64,000 bases of DNA from Octopus vulgaris (lineage: Eukaryota): assembly GCA_951406725.2 (NCBI GenBank), contig OX597818.1, positions 28,458,001 to 28,522,000 of the forward strand, read 5' to 3'. The position numbers were made by a program, and so were the translations under genes. Numbering within the stretch: position 1 is the first letter of the stretch; the number at the start of each line of letters is the position of its first letter. Shown piece by piece: positions 24,968 to 37,559 of this stretch. Below the pieces are notes generated by a model that was given only the letters and a program-made list of their open reading frames with translations, searched no databases and was not told the origin of the DNA.

Positions 24968-27900
24968 TATTTCAATAAATTTGCCATGTAGGCATAATAC
25001 AAAGGGGACAAACAAGGACAGACAAACATAGAATAGTGAAGTAGCTTAAAGCGTTGTTATGAATTGATTAAAAATATGAAAAAGGCAAATAATTAAAAAT
25101 AAAATAATATAAAATACATTGCGTTATGCAATGTGACACCGAAAGAAAGGCATCTGACATCAGGGTAGGGCCTTTGCTTTTCTTCCAGATCTCCACATAC
25201 TTGGTGCCAATAACTCACAGCTTTCTTACCACAGGCTTCCATCTCATCTCGAATTTCTCATGTGACAGGTACCGCTTCCCCAGCCTGATCTTGCTGCTGA
25301 GGTGGTAACTAAAAAATTTGACCAACCCTTAGTCAGATACGAAAGTACCCATCACAATCCCTTTCACATGTGTCTTCCATACCGTTTCTTTTAAAATGGC
25401 TACCACACTGTAAAAACAGGCCTTCCTTTCCCTGCTAAGAGAAGAAAGCAGCACAATCTTGATGATGGACTCAGCTGATAGCTGTACTCTTCCCATCGAT
25501 GACAACAGTTGTTCTGTGAAAGCTATCAATCCTGATAACTGCGAACATCCCACGAATGCATGCAAGATGGTTTCCCTGTCCTGCCCACACCTCGGACATG
25601 ATGGTGAGGTGACACTTCCATGCCTTGAAAGCTTATCACAAAATGGTAACACCACATGGAAGCACTGCCAAGCCAGGGATTTCTGGTAATTATCCAGATA
25701 CCCTGTCCCGAATGTTCTCCTGAACAGGTTGATCAACTGATTTTCATCGTAGCCCAGGGTCTCCCCCAAGGTGTCTTCAGACATGAATCCCACTAACCCA
25801 CTATAAAAATCTGTGGTGGAACTTCTGCTGCTGGCATTGTCTGCTCGAGAGTGCCTTATGGCACTCCAAATGCCATTCCCCTAGTTTAGGTCTCTGCTTG
25901 ATCCATGTACCAGTGTTCGTTAAGGACGTTAACCTCGGAAGGTAGAACCAGACGTGCGGTTACCACACCTGTTCTCCATCCAAGTAAATCCAGAGGTGCC
26001 TCAGCTATAACACAAATTTTTCATCCTCAGCCAAGGCATCCCTAGCTCACTCTTCAGTGGCTTCTGGCAGCAGACAGAGTGCTTCACAAGAGGCTTTCCT
26101 CCTTTCCACAGAAAGCAGAAAAAGATTCTCTCCAACTTGTTCAGCCACAAATCAGGGCAAGGCACCATGGTCAGACGGTAGGTGATAACAGATGCTATAA
26201 ACATCTACATCAACTCCACCTCCCTTAGCAAGGATAACACCCGCCCAGACCAAGTCTGGGTTAGAGCAGTCACCTTACTGGCTACCTCACTCCAATTTTT
26301 CTCTATCTGGAGGTCTGGTACAAACCAGACGCCAAGTAGCTTAACAGGACCTTCTGTCCAACGCCCTACAACATTATTGGACGTCATCAGCTTGCCTCTC
26401 CAGGTGCTGAGTTGCAAACCGACTGACTTGTCCTTGTTAACCTTTGTTCCCGCCACCACCTCATAACTTTTGATGGCCTCTTCCACCACTGGAAGCTGGC
26501 TCTTATCCACCACGGTGATGGAGATGTACTCCACATACACTGTAGCTCCACCTCCACACCACAGATCATTCGGTGTACTTCCTAGTGCTTCCAACTTCGG
26601 CAGCAATCACTCAAGAGCCAGTACATACAAAAGTAGAGACAAGGGACACTCCTGACGCACTGAGAGTTCGATTCTGAATGGTTTCGAGAAGAATCCATTT
26701 ACTGCAGACTCGATGTCGCTGTACAAAGCAGCAATCCAACCATGGAAGGTTGGGCCTAGGCCAGCCTTTCCAAGGACTACTGCCAAGTACCGATGGTCGA
26801 CCCTATCAAATGCTTTAGACTGGTCTAAATGTACCAGTGCCCCTCCGGTGCCAGAAAGATTCTCTACCCTCTCTAAGGTGTAACATAGAAGATGGAGATT
26901 GTCATGGATCAACCTGCCCGGGATCACCTTCCAGCACCTCAATCACCTCCTCGGCTGTGATTGACCCTTCACAGCACTCAGCCTCTCACACCGAGAAACA
27001 TGGGCCACCAGACAGGAAGTCCCTAAGGGCCTCACCATGATCCAACCTCCCACTCATCCCGAACAACTCAGCAAAGTGTTCGTAAAGTGCCTCACACATC
27101 TCGTCCTGTCTTTCGACTGAACTCCGACTATCATCAGTCAGAGACCTAATTGTGGCATCATTGCCACACTGGGTTTCTACCGTACGGGCCTATCTGGCAA
27201 CATTAATTCCCTCACAGCCCAATGCTCGCACTTTAGCCCAGACTCTACATCCCTCATATTTGGCTTTGAAGTGGCAGTCTAAGGCCGATCTTGCTGCCAA
27301 AATGTGGGATGCAGAGTCCAACCTCAATGCCTCCTCTAAGTCCTTAACTAGTTTCCCTTCTATTCTAGCCTTGTCTAGTCTTAGCGAATGGCTAAACCTA
27401 ACAGACTTGAAACGAATGGCTCTTTTGAGGGCAAACCACCACCGGTTATTAACCACAGAGCCGGTTAACGCTCTCTATACTAATTCCTTAATCTGACTAC
27501 GGCATGCTTCACAAATCAAAATAGACTTGTTCAGCTTCCAGTAACCAGATCTTCTCTTAACTGCACTATCTATGTTCAGCCTACACTTAACCATGTAGGA
27601 TACTTGAACAAGATGTGGACAACTAAAGCTAGCCTTATCTCTAGCTCTTATCACTATCCTATCTAAGTAAGACTTGAACTTTCTATCGCCATTCATCCAG
27701 GTTCACTCTGGGGCATTCAGATGGTCAAGTCTGTAACAATCCTCTAGCTGAAATCGCTTAAGCAAATCTATGAGACATGAGTTCATTTTCCAATCAATTG
27801 AGCCAACACTGTCAATGTGTGCATCAACGAGAGCATTATTGTCACCTAACACCATTAATGTCTTTGACGTTACGAGAAAGATCTCTAGGCATCAATAAAA

Positions 27901-29270
27901 ATCAGTTTGTAATCCTCTAGCACAGGGTGCATAGATTCCGAACAACCTGAAGGATCTACCACTGTACCTCATATCAAGGATGACCAGCCCACCTTCAGAG
28001 TCCACATAGACTGTACTTGTCTGCAGAGTCAAGCCTTTTCAGACAAGTACTACTACACCCATCGACTTCCAGTCTGGCTAAGAGACATGGTTTTTTCCAT
28101 AGCCATTCAGGAGGGGCAAGAAGGTTCGCAAACTGTCCAGCTTGGTCTCTGTAGCAACCATCACATGTATATCATGTGATCTGAGGTCGTCGTGGAGGCA
28201 AGCTTGCTTCTACTTCAAGCTCAGACCATGTACATTTAAGTACCCCAAGTTAAGTGAAACCATAAACCTGGGAGAAAAAAAACAAAGGCTCTACTTACCC
28301 TTACTTGGAGATGCTGGGGACAATCTCACCAAATTTGAGTCAGCCTCCTCCTTTCTGTCCTTCTCCAGGTATTCAGGTGGGTCTTTGACCCTCCTGACGC
28401 CTCTCAGATGCCTATCCTTCATCTGCCTGAATAGGTTTTCCCCCATCCAGGCACGATTCATATGTGTGTCATTTAGATTCAAAAGTTTCACCGTAATGTG
28501 TTGTGGAATTTGTCCTTCCAGATAATTGTCTTTAGAGTCATATTCAATTAAAATTGTTTCTTCATTCTTTTGTGTTTTTTTCTGGGGCGATGGAGTGGGG
28601 TCTTTTTTTTTTTGTTATCTGTGGTGTAGGGTTGTCTTTTTTCCCATGGGGATGTGGGTGGGGAAGGTGCATGTAAATGTTTGCGAATTGTTGTGAATTC
28701 CCCTTTGGACATCTCCATGGTGTCGTCTGGGGATGTTGTGTTTGAAATACAAGGTGCCTCAGAAATCAGGTAGGCAGGTTTTTTTTATTAATGTGGGGAT
28801 TTGTGTATGCTGGGGTTGGGTCTTTTCATTACTTTGTTTGGAGGTGGCACCACAACAGGGAGAGTGGGAGCATTTGTTTTTGTGTGAGCTAGTGTATGTG
28901 TGGGTTTGGGGATGTTTTGAATAGTTGTGGGGACTGGTGTCTGTAACAGTTTTTTTAATCTTTTTTTCTTCTTTTCCTCCTCTCCTTTTTTATTTCACAA
29001 TCGCTTCGAATGTGACCTTTTTTTCCACATTCGAAGCAAGTAACCTTTTTATCCTCCGCTTGAACTCGGAGGGTAACTTTTTTACCCATGCATACCCAGT
29101 CCGGAGGGTTTTCAAAGTTTTCCAATGCCCCTTAGATGATGGCTGAAATGCTCTGCTCTGCCCAGTATTGGGAGGCAGAGCATGAAATCTGGAGGAATTT
29201 TATTTTGTCTGTCCTGTTGTACAACAGGGTAGCCATTACCCCTAATATGTTAACCATACTGGTACTCATA
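24968..29270 (-). mobile_element. Degenerate Tx1/L1-clade LINE (ORF1 remnant, APE, RT, C-terminal zinc finger)
   Basis: YLDRIV and GYWKLNKSIL (EN end); IPGRLIHDN, LDQSKAFDRVDH, VRQECPLSLLLYVLALE (RT); CPRCGQDRETILHAFVGC (zf-RVT). Many stops and frameshifts. Confidence 0.88.
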
Positions 29271-30451
29271 TCAACATTTGGACTTCTTAACTAGATGCTA
29301 GATAAGATATCAATTATTGATGTTAAAGTCACCAAATTGCTAATTTATAGAAAAACTGACATAGACTGCTTTTACTTAAAATAAAATTAAAGCTGCAGAT
29401 GCTTAGAATCAATTTAAGCAGCATTTGAATATCACATCATATCCCTTCAACAGCTTCTACTAACCACCAGATGTTGAAATTTAGCTATGGATTGTGGCTA
29501 CATATACGAGGCAGATAACATCATAAGAGTTTGAAAGGAGCTTTTTAGAAAGTATTCCCTGATTTATAATCAGGGATACACACCCAGAGAAGTTGAAAAA
29601 CTCTACTTCAACAAATCATAAGTAGAGAAGCCGTATACACATCACAAAAAAAGCCATACACAGCTATGTTCAAAGAAATCTTCAAAGTAACACCAGCACT
29701 GATAACAAGAGTAATCTATGTTAGACTAACAAGATATTAACTCTTACTTTAAAGGATACGCTTTTGCAATACTAGAACCAGAAATAACAACTGCTTGAGG
29801 AATAAAATTCACAAAAGGGATATAGACCACCCAAATCATTAGAAAAAACTTCCATAGAAATAATAATCCTGAGGATACTAATACAAGAAGCTACTGAGAT
29901 ATGAAGAATATAATCCAACAAAATATGAAAGAATACTGGTGGAATGTTCTTATAGACTAACAAAATGTAAACTCAACAGACCAGATTTAATGATCTACAC
30001 ACTTGTAATCAGTCACTCAGTAGTTCATCATCATTTAAACATCTGTTGTCTGTGCTGGCATGAGTTGGATGTTTTGACCAGGGTTAGTAATCTGAAGGAC
30101 TGCACCAGACTCCAGTCACATTTGCCATTGTTGTTAACATAATATTAAAGATGAGTAAAAAAGCACACATCCGAGTTGAATGGATGAGAAATCTGCTTTT
30201 AATCAATCCAGAATATGGTTCTATACTTCTATCAAGGGTTTTGGAAGCACATAAAGTCAGAAAGAACACACCTAATCAAGAGATTACAAGTAATCAAAAG
30301 CACTATCAAAATATGTAAAACAATCAAGAAGTTTACCAAGTAAAACATGCACATACATATACGTACATGCTTATATACATACAGGTAAAGATATTATACA
30401 TATAGGTATGCATACATACATAAAGACATACATACATAATACATACATACA

Positions 30452-32465
30452 TGATGGCTGCCTCCTCGTAATCGAGTATGGCCATTGCACGAGGCTTAGT
30501 TGTTAATGGTGCTGTGATCAAATGTGACTTTTCAGCCCAGCTAAAGATCTACAATGTCTTGTACAGAATTGGTAGCAAAAACCTTTATTGGCAAAAGCTG
30601 GCTGTAGTTGTAATTGGGCTTCATGTACCTTTGCATGTCATTTAAGTCCTCCTGCCAAATCACACTCCCTTCCACATGCCTGACAGATATGATTAGTATG
30701 GTGTGTAGCACCACCACCAGTGGCCTGGTAAGTCAATCATTAGTCTTGCTTTAGGACTACGAAGATGACTCTTGAGTCCAGCGTTACTGAGGCAGGGTCT
30801 TTCACAGACAGTGCATTTCAACATCATAAGAAGACCTTTACTGTCTGGCAGTGCCACTGCAATGCTCTTCCTGACATCCCTCCTCACTTTCTAATGCCCA
30901 ACTCAAGATTTCTCAAAAGTAGCTGTCCCTTCATGCACAACCCTTTTCCACCTACTATGGTTAATAGCTATGCCCTCCCATGTGTCAGGAGAGATGCAAG
31001 CATCTCTCAAGAAAGCCTTCAGCAAGTCTTTATACCCTTTTTTTTCGTTTATGTGGAGGTTGTTCTCCTTTAGCTAACTCTCCATAAAAGAGTCGTTTTG
31101 GCATCCTTGAATCTTTCATCCTGACCAGATGACCACTCCATCTGAGACTTGGCTTCAACACAAGAGCTTCTATACTTACACACTGCAAGCTTTCCAATAT
31201 TTCAAGATCACTGATGCAGTCCTCCTACTTAATGCCATAGATCCATCTGAGATATATCTGATGGAAACATTCCAGTTGATTAAGGTGGTATCGATATGTG
31301 ACGCAGGTCTTGCAGGCATAAAAAATAGAAGAGAGCACACACGTCTTGTACACCTTTATCTTTGTCTTCCTGCATATGTCTCACTGATTCCAGAGGTGCC
31401 TTTCTAGCCTTTTGAAAGCGTCACTTGCTTTCCTAATTCTGTATTGAAGTTCATTATCCAAATTGCTATATCTATTAACAGTACTTCCCAGGTAGACAAA
31501 CTGATCAACTACAAGTCGTTTACCATACACATAGATATTTGGTTCACTATACTGCTTACCAGGGGTAGGTTAGTACACTTTAACAGTTTTCTTGAGACTG
31601 ATTGTCAATCCTAAGGCAGTGCAAGCATCAGAGAATGCATTCAAAATGTGTTGCATACCAATCTCTGTGTGTGCTACTAAATCACAATCATCTGCATACA
31701 AAAGGTCTCTAATGATAAAGGTAAATACCTTTGTTTTTGTAGCAAAGCCCCTGATACTAAATATGCTGCCAAAGGTACGATAATGGATGTAAACACCATA
31801 TCTGCAATTTCTGAACGCAATACAGAAAACCATCGCAAAATATATGGCAAATAGGGTCAGTGGCAGAATATCCCCCTGTTTCACTCCATTTTGTATTGAG
31901 ATGGGTTCTGATATTTTATCTCTAACATTAACCCTACCCTTCATGTCTTCATGAAAAGACCTAACCAAAGCAAGGAACTTTTCAGGACAACCAAGTTTTT
32001 GGAGGACTTTCCACAGTGCATTTCTATTAATGGTATCAATGGCTTTTGTCAGATCGACAAAAACCTGATATAAATCCAGACCCTGTTCCACACACTTCTC
32101 CTGAAGCTGCCTAGCTGAGAAGATCACAGCAGCAGTGCCGTGTCCCACATGAAAGCCAGATTGACTTTCTGGAAGAACACAATCTGCAACATGTTTCAGC
32201 AGATGATCTAGAAGTACCCTGCATAAAACCTTTCCTATGACAGAAAGCAATGATATTCCCCTATAGTTACCACAATCATTCCTGTTGCCCTTTCCCTAAT
32301 ATAAGACCACTATTACTGTATCTCTCCAGTCTTCAGGTACAGATTCACTAGCCCATATCCTACCAACAATGAGTGAAGCTGCTGCAGAAGTTTCTCACCA
32401 CCATGCTGCAGCAACTTCGCATGTATGCCATCCATACCCAGAGACCTCCCATTATTCATCCTTGA
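30452..32465 (-). mobile_element. 5'-truncated BovB-like RTE LINE, pseudogenised
   Basis: LPESQSGF, FVDLTKAIDT, GVKQGDIL, LLYADDCDL, and terminal CTVCERPCLSNAGLKSHLR. Flanked by (CATA)n on both sides. Confidence 0.9.
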
Positions 32466-32469
32466 GATA

Positions 32470-32600
32470 CACATACATACATACGCACACAAACATACAT
32501 ATATACATACATATGCATACACACACACACACACACACATACATACATACATACATACATACATACATACATACATACATACATACATACATACATACAT
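32470..32600. repeat. (CATA)n/(CA)n microsatellite
   Basis: Directly visible. Confidence 0.95.
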
Positions 32601-32816
32601 GCAATTCCTACATACATAGCTTAACACCTACATGTGCCGCACTATAATCAGAGGGCAGAATATTTTCTGGTTGATCACCTTATATTCTAACCTATTTTTC
32701 ATAACTGATCAGATTTCTATCTCCTCTATACTTTTCCTTCGATAATTAGGCATGCTAATTAAATTGATATTGTGCTTATGTTAGCAATCATCATTAGTAT
32801 TATGTAAATACCTCTT

Positions 32817-33210
32817 ATCATTTAGCTTTTGCTTGTTTCAGTCATTGGGCTGTGGTCTTGCTGAGGTACTGCTTTGAAGGATTTATTTGAAGAAATTGAC
32901 CCCAGTACTTAAATTTTTCTTTTAAAGCCTGGTACTTATTCTGTCAGTTACTTTTGCTGAATTGCTAAGTTATGGTAATGTAAACAAAACAACACCAGTT
33001 GTCAATCAGTGATGAAGACAAACACACATACACACACAAAGCAAAGGCACATACAAATGTGTTAGTTTCCATCTATGAAATCCACTTACAAGGCTTTTGT
33101 CGGACCAAGGCTGTAGTAGAAAGCACCTGACCAAGTGCGATGCAGCATGACTGAACCCAAAACCATGTAGTTGGGAAGCAAATTTCTTACCACACAGCCA
33201 TGCCTGCACC
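32817..33210 (-). mobile_element. tRNA-derived SINE, diverged full-length copy
   Basis: Colinear with the SINE at 51460-51824. Confidence 0.85.
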
Positions 33211-33498
33211 TAATACATCATTCTTATTTTTAAAAAATATTTTTCTCCTGATATACCTTTTTTCATATAACAAATAACAAATACAAAATTTAAAAGTATG
33301 TATATGTACATTAAATAATGGTTTTGTTTGAATACTTCTTTCCGTTGAAAATTAAAACCTTATCTCTTTGGTAAAGTGGTGCTTTATTTCAGGATATTGC
33401 AATGAGAATGCAATATGTTAGATTGTCACTTAGTTTGCCTACCGTACTTCACATGCTTATATTGAAACATCCTGATATTATCTGAATGTACTGACTAA

Positions 33499-35064
33499 TC
33501 TATATATATAAAACTGAGAATGTGTGTCTGTCTGTCTGTCTGTGTGTTTCCCTAAAACTTGAGAACTACACAACTAATTTCATTCAAATTTTACACATGC
33601 CTTACTTAGGGTCCATGTAGTTTCATGGGCAAAAACAATGTTCAACTTCTTGCCTAGAGCGAGCCCATAGCAATATCATATCTTCTCCATTATTTCAGTA
33701 TTACATGTTAAAAGTGAAACAAAAACATTTCTCTATTTTATGTCAGATACTTTCACTTTAACAATAAAAATTAGAGATAATAATAACAATTGAATAATAT
33801 GTAGTAAGTAATAATTAAAATCAAACTAAAGTATAATATAATCGTAACATAACAAAAGTAAAAATAGCAATTGGTATAAAATTGCATCATTGACTTGAAC
33901 TTGAATGGTTTCACATGAATGGGAATAAATTTAAAATAAAATTAGCATGCAGAAATGGAATAGTGCAGATGGAGCTGAGCTTTTACATTAGATTATCTGC
34001 TAAGTAGCTAGCATTAAGTATCTATATGAAGTTTGGCTGTATGTAATATCTGTTTTCTCAAACAGCCGCTTCTACAGAGTGCTGCTGTTGGTTTATTTCT
34101 TATAGATAAAGAACTAAAGCTTACTGCTTTCTGATTCATCATAAGGTTTGTTGTTATTATTATTACTGTTTAACTATTGTTATCAAGTTTGTTGGTTCCT
34201 CATAAAGGAAACACTGTTGTGTTGCATTTGCTAAATAATTGTAAACTGTAACCCTCCCCCTTTGGGAGAAGGAGCTTTGGTTATTGTTTAAAAATTGAAT
34301 TGTGTCCCTGTTTGGGGAAATTGACAATATTTTCACTGTTTACACGGAAGCATTTTTATTAGAATGCCTTCGATAGAAGAAAGTCCAAAAATAAATTTCG
34401 CTGCAGCCGTCGGTGGGGACGAACTCATTGAAATTAAAATGGAAGAAATACGGATTGATCATTGACAAAGACGGTGAATCTAGGATAACACCACCAAACG
34501 AAATAAAAAATTAAATTAAAGAAAAGACTATTGTCTATAAAGTATACAACGTAGAGAAAAAAAAAGATTTGTACACCTGGAGGAAAGCACCATTGAAAAG
34601 TGTCTTGGTGCGACTATGAAAGATATCAAGTATCTAACCAGAGGCAGTAAATTCTCCACAATAGAAGCAAGGTTCGAGTCATCAGAGCGTGCAAGGGAGT
34701 ACTCGACTTGAACCTTGCAAAGTGGAAATATCTTATTTTTACCTTTATATCAGGGACGTGGGACGTCCTGGATAAAAATTTAAAATGTTCCCCCAGAAGT
34801 AGAGGTAGGCTGGATTGTAGCCACACTTCTATATAAGAGGTAGGACAAGATACAATTGATCAAAATTGCAAGAGAAGGGCCTACAATTGCAGTCTGTTAT
34901 ATATTTTGAGTATTGTTATCACTAGCGATATCAAGATATAACTTTGTATTTTGTATTTTATGTGTAGATGTATATATATAGATGTACATGTAATATGTAC
35001 ACATATATACACATATATACATGCACTAGCACTATGACCCAGCAACGACGGGTCATAATGCTAG
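33499..35064 (+). mobile_element. Non-autonomous Helitron
   Basis: 5' A|TCTATATATATAAAA. 3' hairpin TATGACCC..GGGTCATA (35033-35057) followed by CTAG|T. Inserted between A and T, no TSD. Confidence 0.8.
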
Positions 35065-36244
35065 TTATATTATAAACAAAGCTGAACATTTAATGAAGAT
35101 TTATACTTTAAAAGTTTATTTTCTTTTGTTTTTGTTTTTCTTTTTTGCTTTTCTTTAAATTTTCTATCTGATGTGCCTTCAAGTTTATTTGGTTTTAGAT
35201 GAGCCAATTTTGAAGAATTGTTGGAGTAGCCATTTTCAAAGTTAGATACCCTTCCTAATATTAATGTTGACAGTATACTATAGGGACATAGCAGCTGAGG
35301 GGTTAGGGTTGAATAAGGTTACCAAACCAAGACAACAAACAAATATATCAATCACTCCAACATTGAAAGGTCAGTAAATGAGAAAGTAAATTGATTTGTA
35401 CACTAAATAAATGAATATAAATAAATAAACAATTTAAACAGCTCATGTGCATGTCTGATTTAGGACATTGTGGATATTCTTAGTAGTGAAATATGAGGTT
35501 TATCCAAGAACTAGCAAGTTATTTTTTGTATATAAGTTCAAATTCATTATTGTTGAAGTTTTGACTCATAGCCATCATCATCATCATCATCATTGTTTAA
35601 CGTCCACTTTCCATGCTAGCATGGGTTAATTTATAATGGTTTCAATTGATCTACTTAAGTCAAGGTCATTGTGAGGAAATTCCAACAACACACATCACTC
35701 TACTTATAATCTCAAACAATTTTCTATTATTTGATACTTATTTAAACGTTGTAGAAAAATGATACTCCTGTTAACGGTTGTCATAATGACTAAAAATAAA
35801 GGATAGGCTTCCAGATAATCTACATTCTGTACATCATATATGGAATTTTGTCTCATATATCTATCTTCCATGATTCAATGCTACTGTGTGAAGTCTTGGG
35901 CTAGCATCTTTTACTATAGTTTCAAGTTGACCAAATTTTTGAGAGTGAAACTGGATAGACAGAAGCTGTGTGGAAGGTCATTAGAAAGGCTGGACTAGTA
36001 ATTCAAAAAGTCAGCTTTGTCACTCTGCAGTGTGCTGATTCTGCTTAAAGATTATGCTAAGAATACATATATCTGAAGAATATTCAACCACTTATAATAT
36101 AATTCAGTGAGTATGTAGTTCAGTTAATCGAATAACAGAAAAACTCATTATCAAAATTGAATACAAATGTTTGTTTTTACTCTATATAATATATGAAAAT
36201 GTTAGATTTGTGGTAAAATGGTACGTTTTCAATTGGCATTGTTC

Positions 36245-36298
<54 letters not shown>

Positions 36299-36347
36299 CA
36301 CACATACATATATATGTATACAGTGATAACTCGCAGTATGAGTTTAA

Positions 36348-36569
36348 CCCTTTTGTTACTGTATTTATTTTGAGATGCTCTGAGTTTCTTTTAATTAATT
36401 TTAAACATAACAAGGAATTTAGTAAAATAACTTAGTTATTATTAAGCTAGTGTTAGGAACATAAATTGTGACTAAGGTTTGATGAAAGATTTTAATCTAG
36501 AAATTTTGAAAACAAGACATTTGTACTACAGAGCCAGAGGCAGTTTCAGCCAAGTTGGTATTGAAAAGG
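36348..36569. mobile_element. piggyBac-type MITE
   Basis: TTAA on both sides (36344-47, 36570-73) with imperfect TIRs CCCTTTTGTTAC / GGTATTGAAAAGG. A similar end occurs at about 56274. Confidence 0.65.
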
Positions 36570-37559
36570 TTAATTTTTCCATGACTGAGCTTGTTTTATG
36601 ATTTACTCATATTACAAATCAATTTTCTTCATTGAAAATTAACTAAAACATAATTAATCTGTTCCAGCCACCTGAAACCACCCCAAAATAATTTTTTTAT
36701 GGGTTTTAAAACAAATAAGGTGTAATTAGAAGTAAAATGACTATTATAAAAAAGAGAAGGCAAAAGAAATATGTAAACTGGTTTTATTAACAGAATTGCC
36801 TTAAAGATAGAACAATTTGTGCGTGAGGAAGATAGTAGAGTGAGGGGAAGGAGGTTTACTGTTTGGAAGGAGATTCTCCTTCCATTAAGACTTCAGGAAG
36901 AAGAATTACTGGCGTTTTCTGTCCCACTTTGCATAATTTAGGCTTTTTGGACACACTTTCTTCATTTTTTACACTTGCAATTCATTTCACTAGAAACATA
37001 TTAAGAAAAGTCTGCTTTTTCCTGCTTTTCAAAATATATGAAAATGTGCCTGAGCAGTGTTATTGTATGAAACTTGCTTGTACTGTGGATTTTCGCTTGT
37101 ACTTCAAGACAAAAATTCGCATGAACCTTGGCTTTTACAGAATTACTCATACAATGGGACACTCATACAGCGAAGTTCCCCTGTATAATGTTTATGGCCA
37201 CTTTAACATGTGTGTTCTCTAAGAGATGACAATATTACTGCTTTAACCCCAGGAAGACGTTTTCTCCAGCTGGTTTATTGAGTACACTTTCTGTACTCAC
37301 TATTTATTGCAAGTGGGAAATAACTCTTGCCATCCTAGCTTCAAGACCACCAGACCACATGATTTTGATCTTATTGGATCTCTTTGGTGGTGGGCACTCA
37401 TGTGCCAAGTATGGCAGTAGTTTAACTTCTATGTGATATAACGAAAATACAGTGTAATACAATCACTGATTTTGTAACTAGAAGCTTCCTAGTTACAAAA
37501 TCAGAGATTTATGACACATGTCCTCTGTAGCAAGTGGCATTTCTAGAAAATGGAGGAGG

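Noticed and set aside
29280-30330. A-rich segment that may be a decayed retroelement
   Set aside because: No diagnostic motif could be read, apart from a short RTE tail fragment at about 30025-30120.
16032-31000. Telomere-specific retrotransposons (TRAS/SART/HeT-A-like)
   Set aside because: No element is inserted in or flanked by TTAGGG; the LINEs present are RTE, Tx1 and CR1 types in other targets.
32313-32647. ORFs with YVCM/HTYI/IY repeats (also 51273-52152 and 61515-61743)
   Set aside because: Translations of microsatellites.
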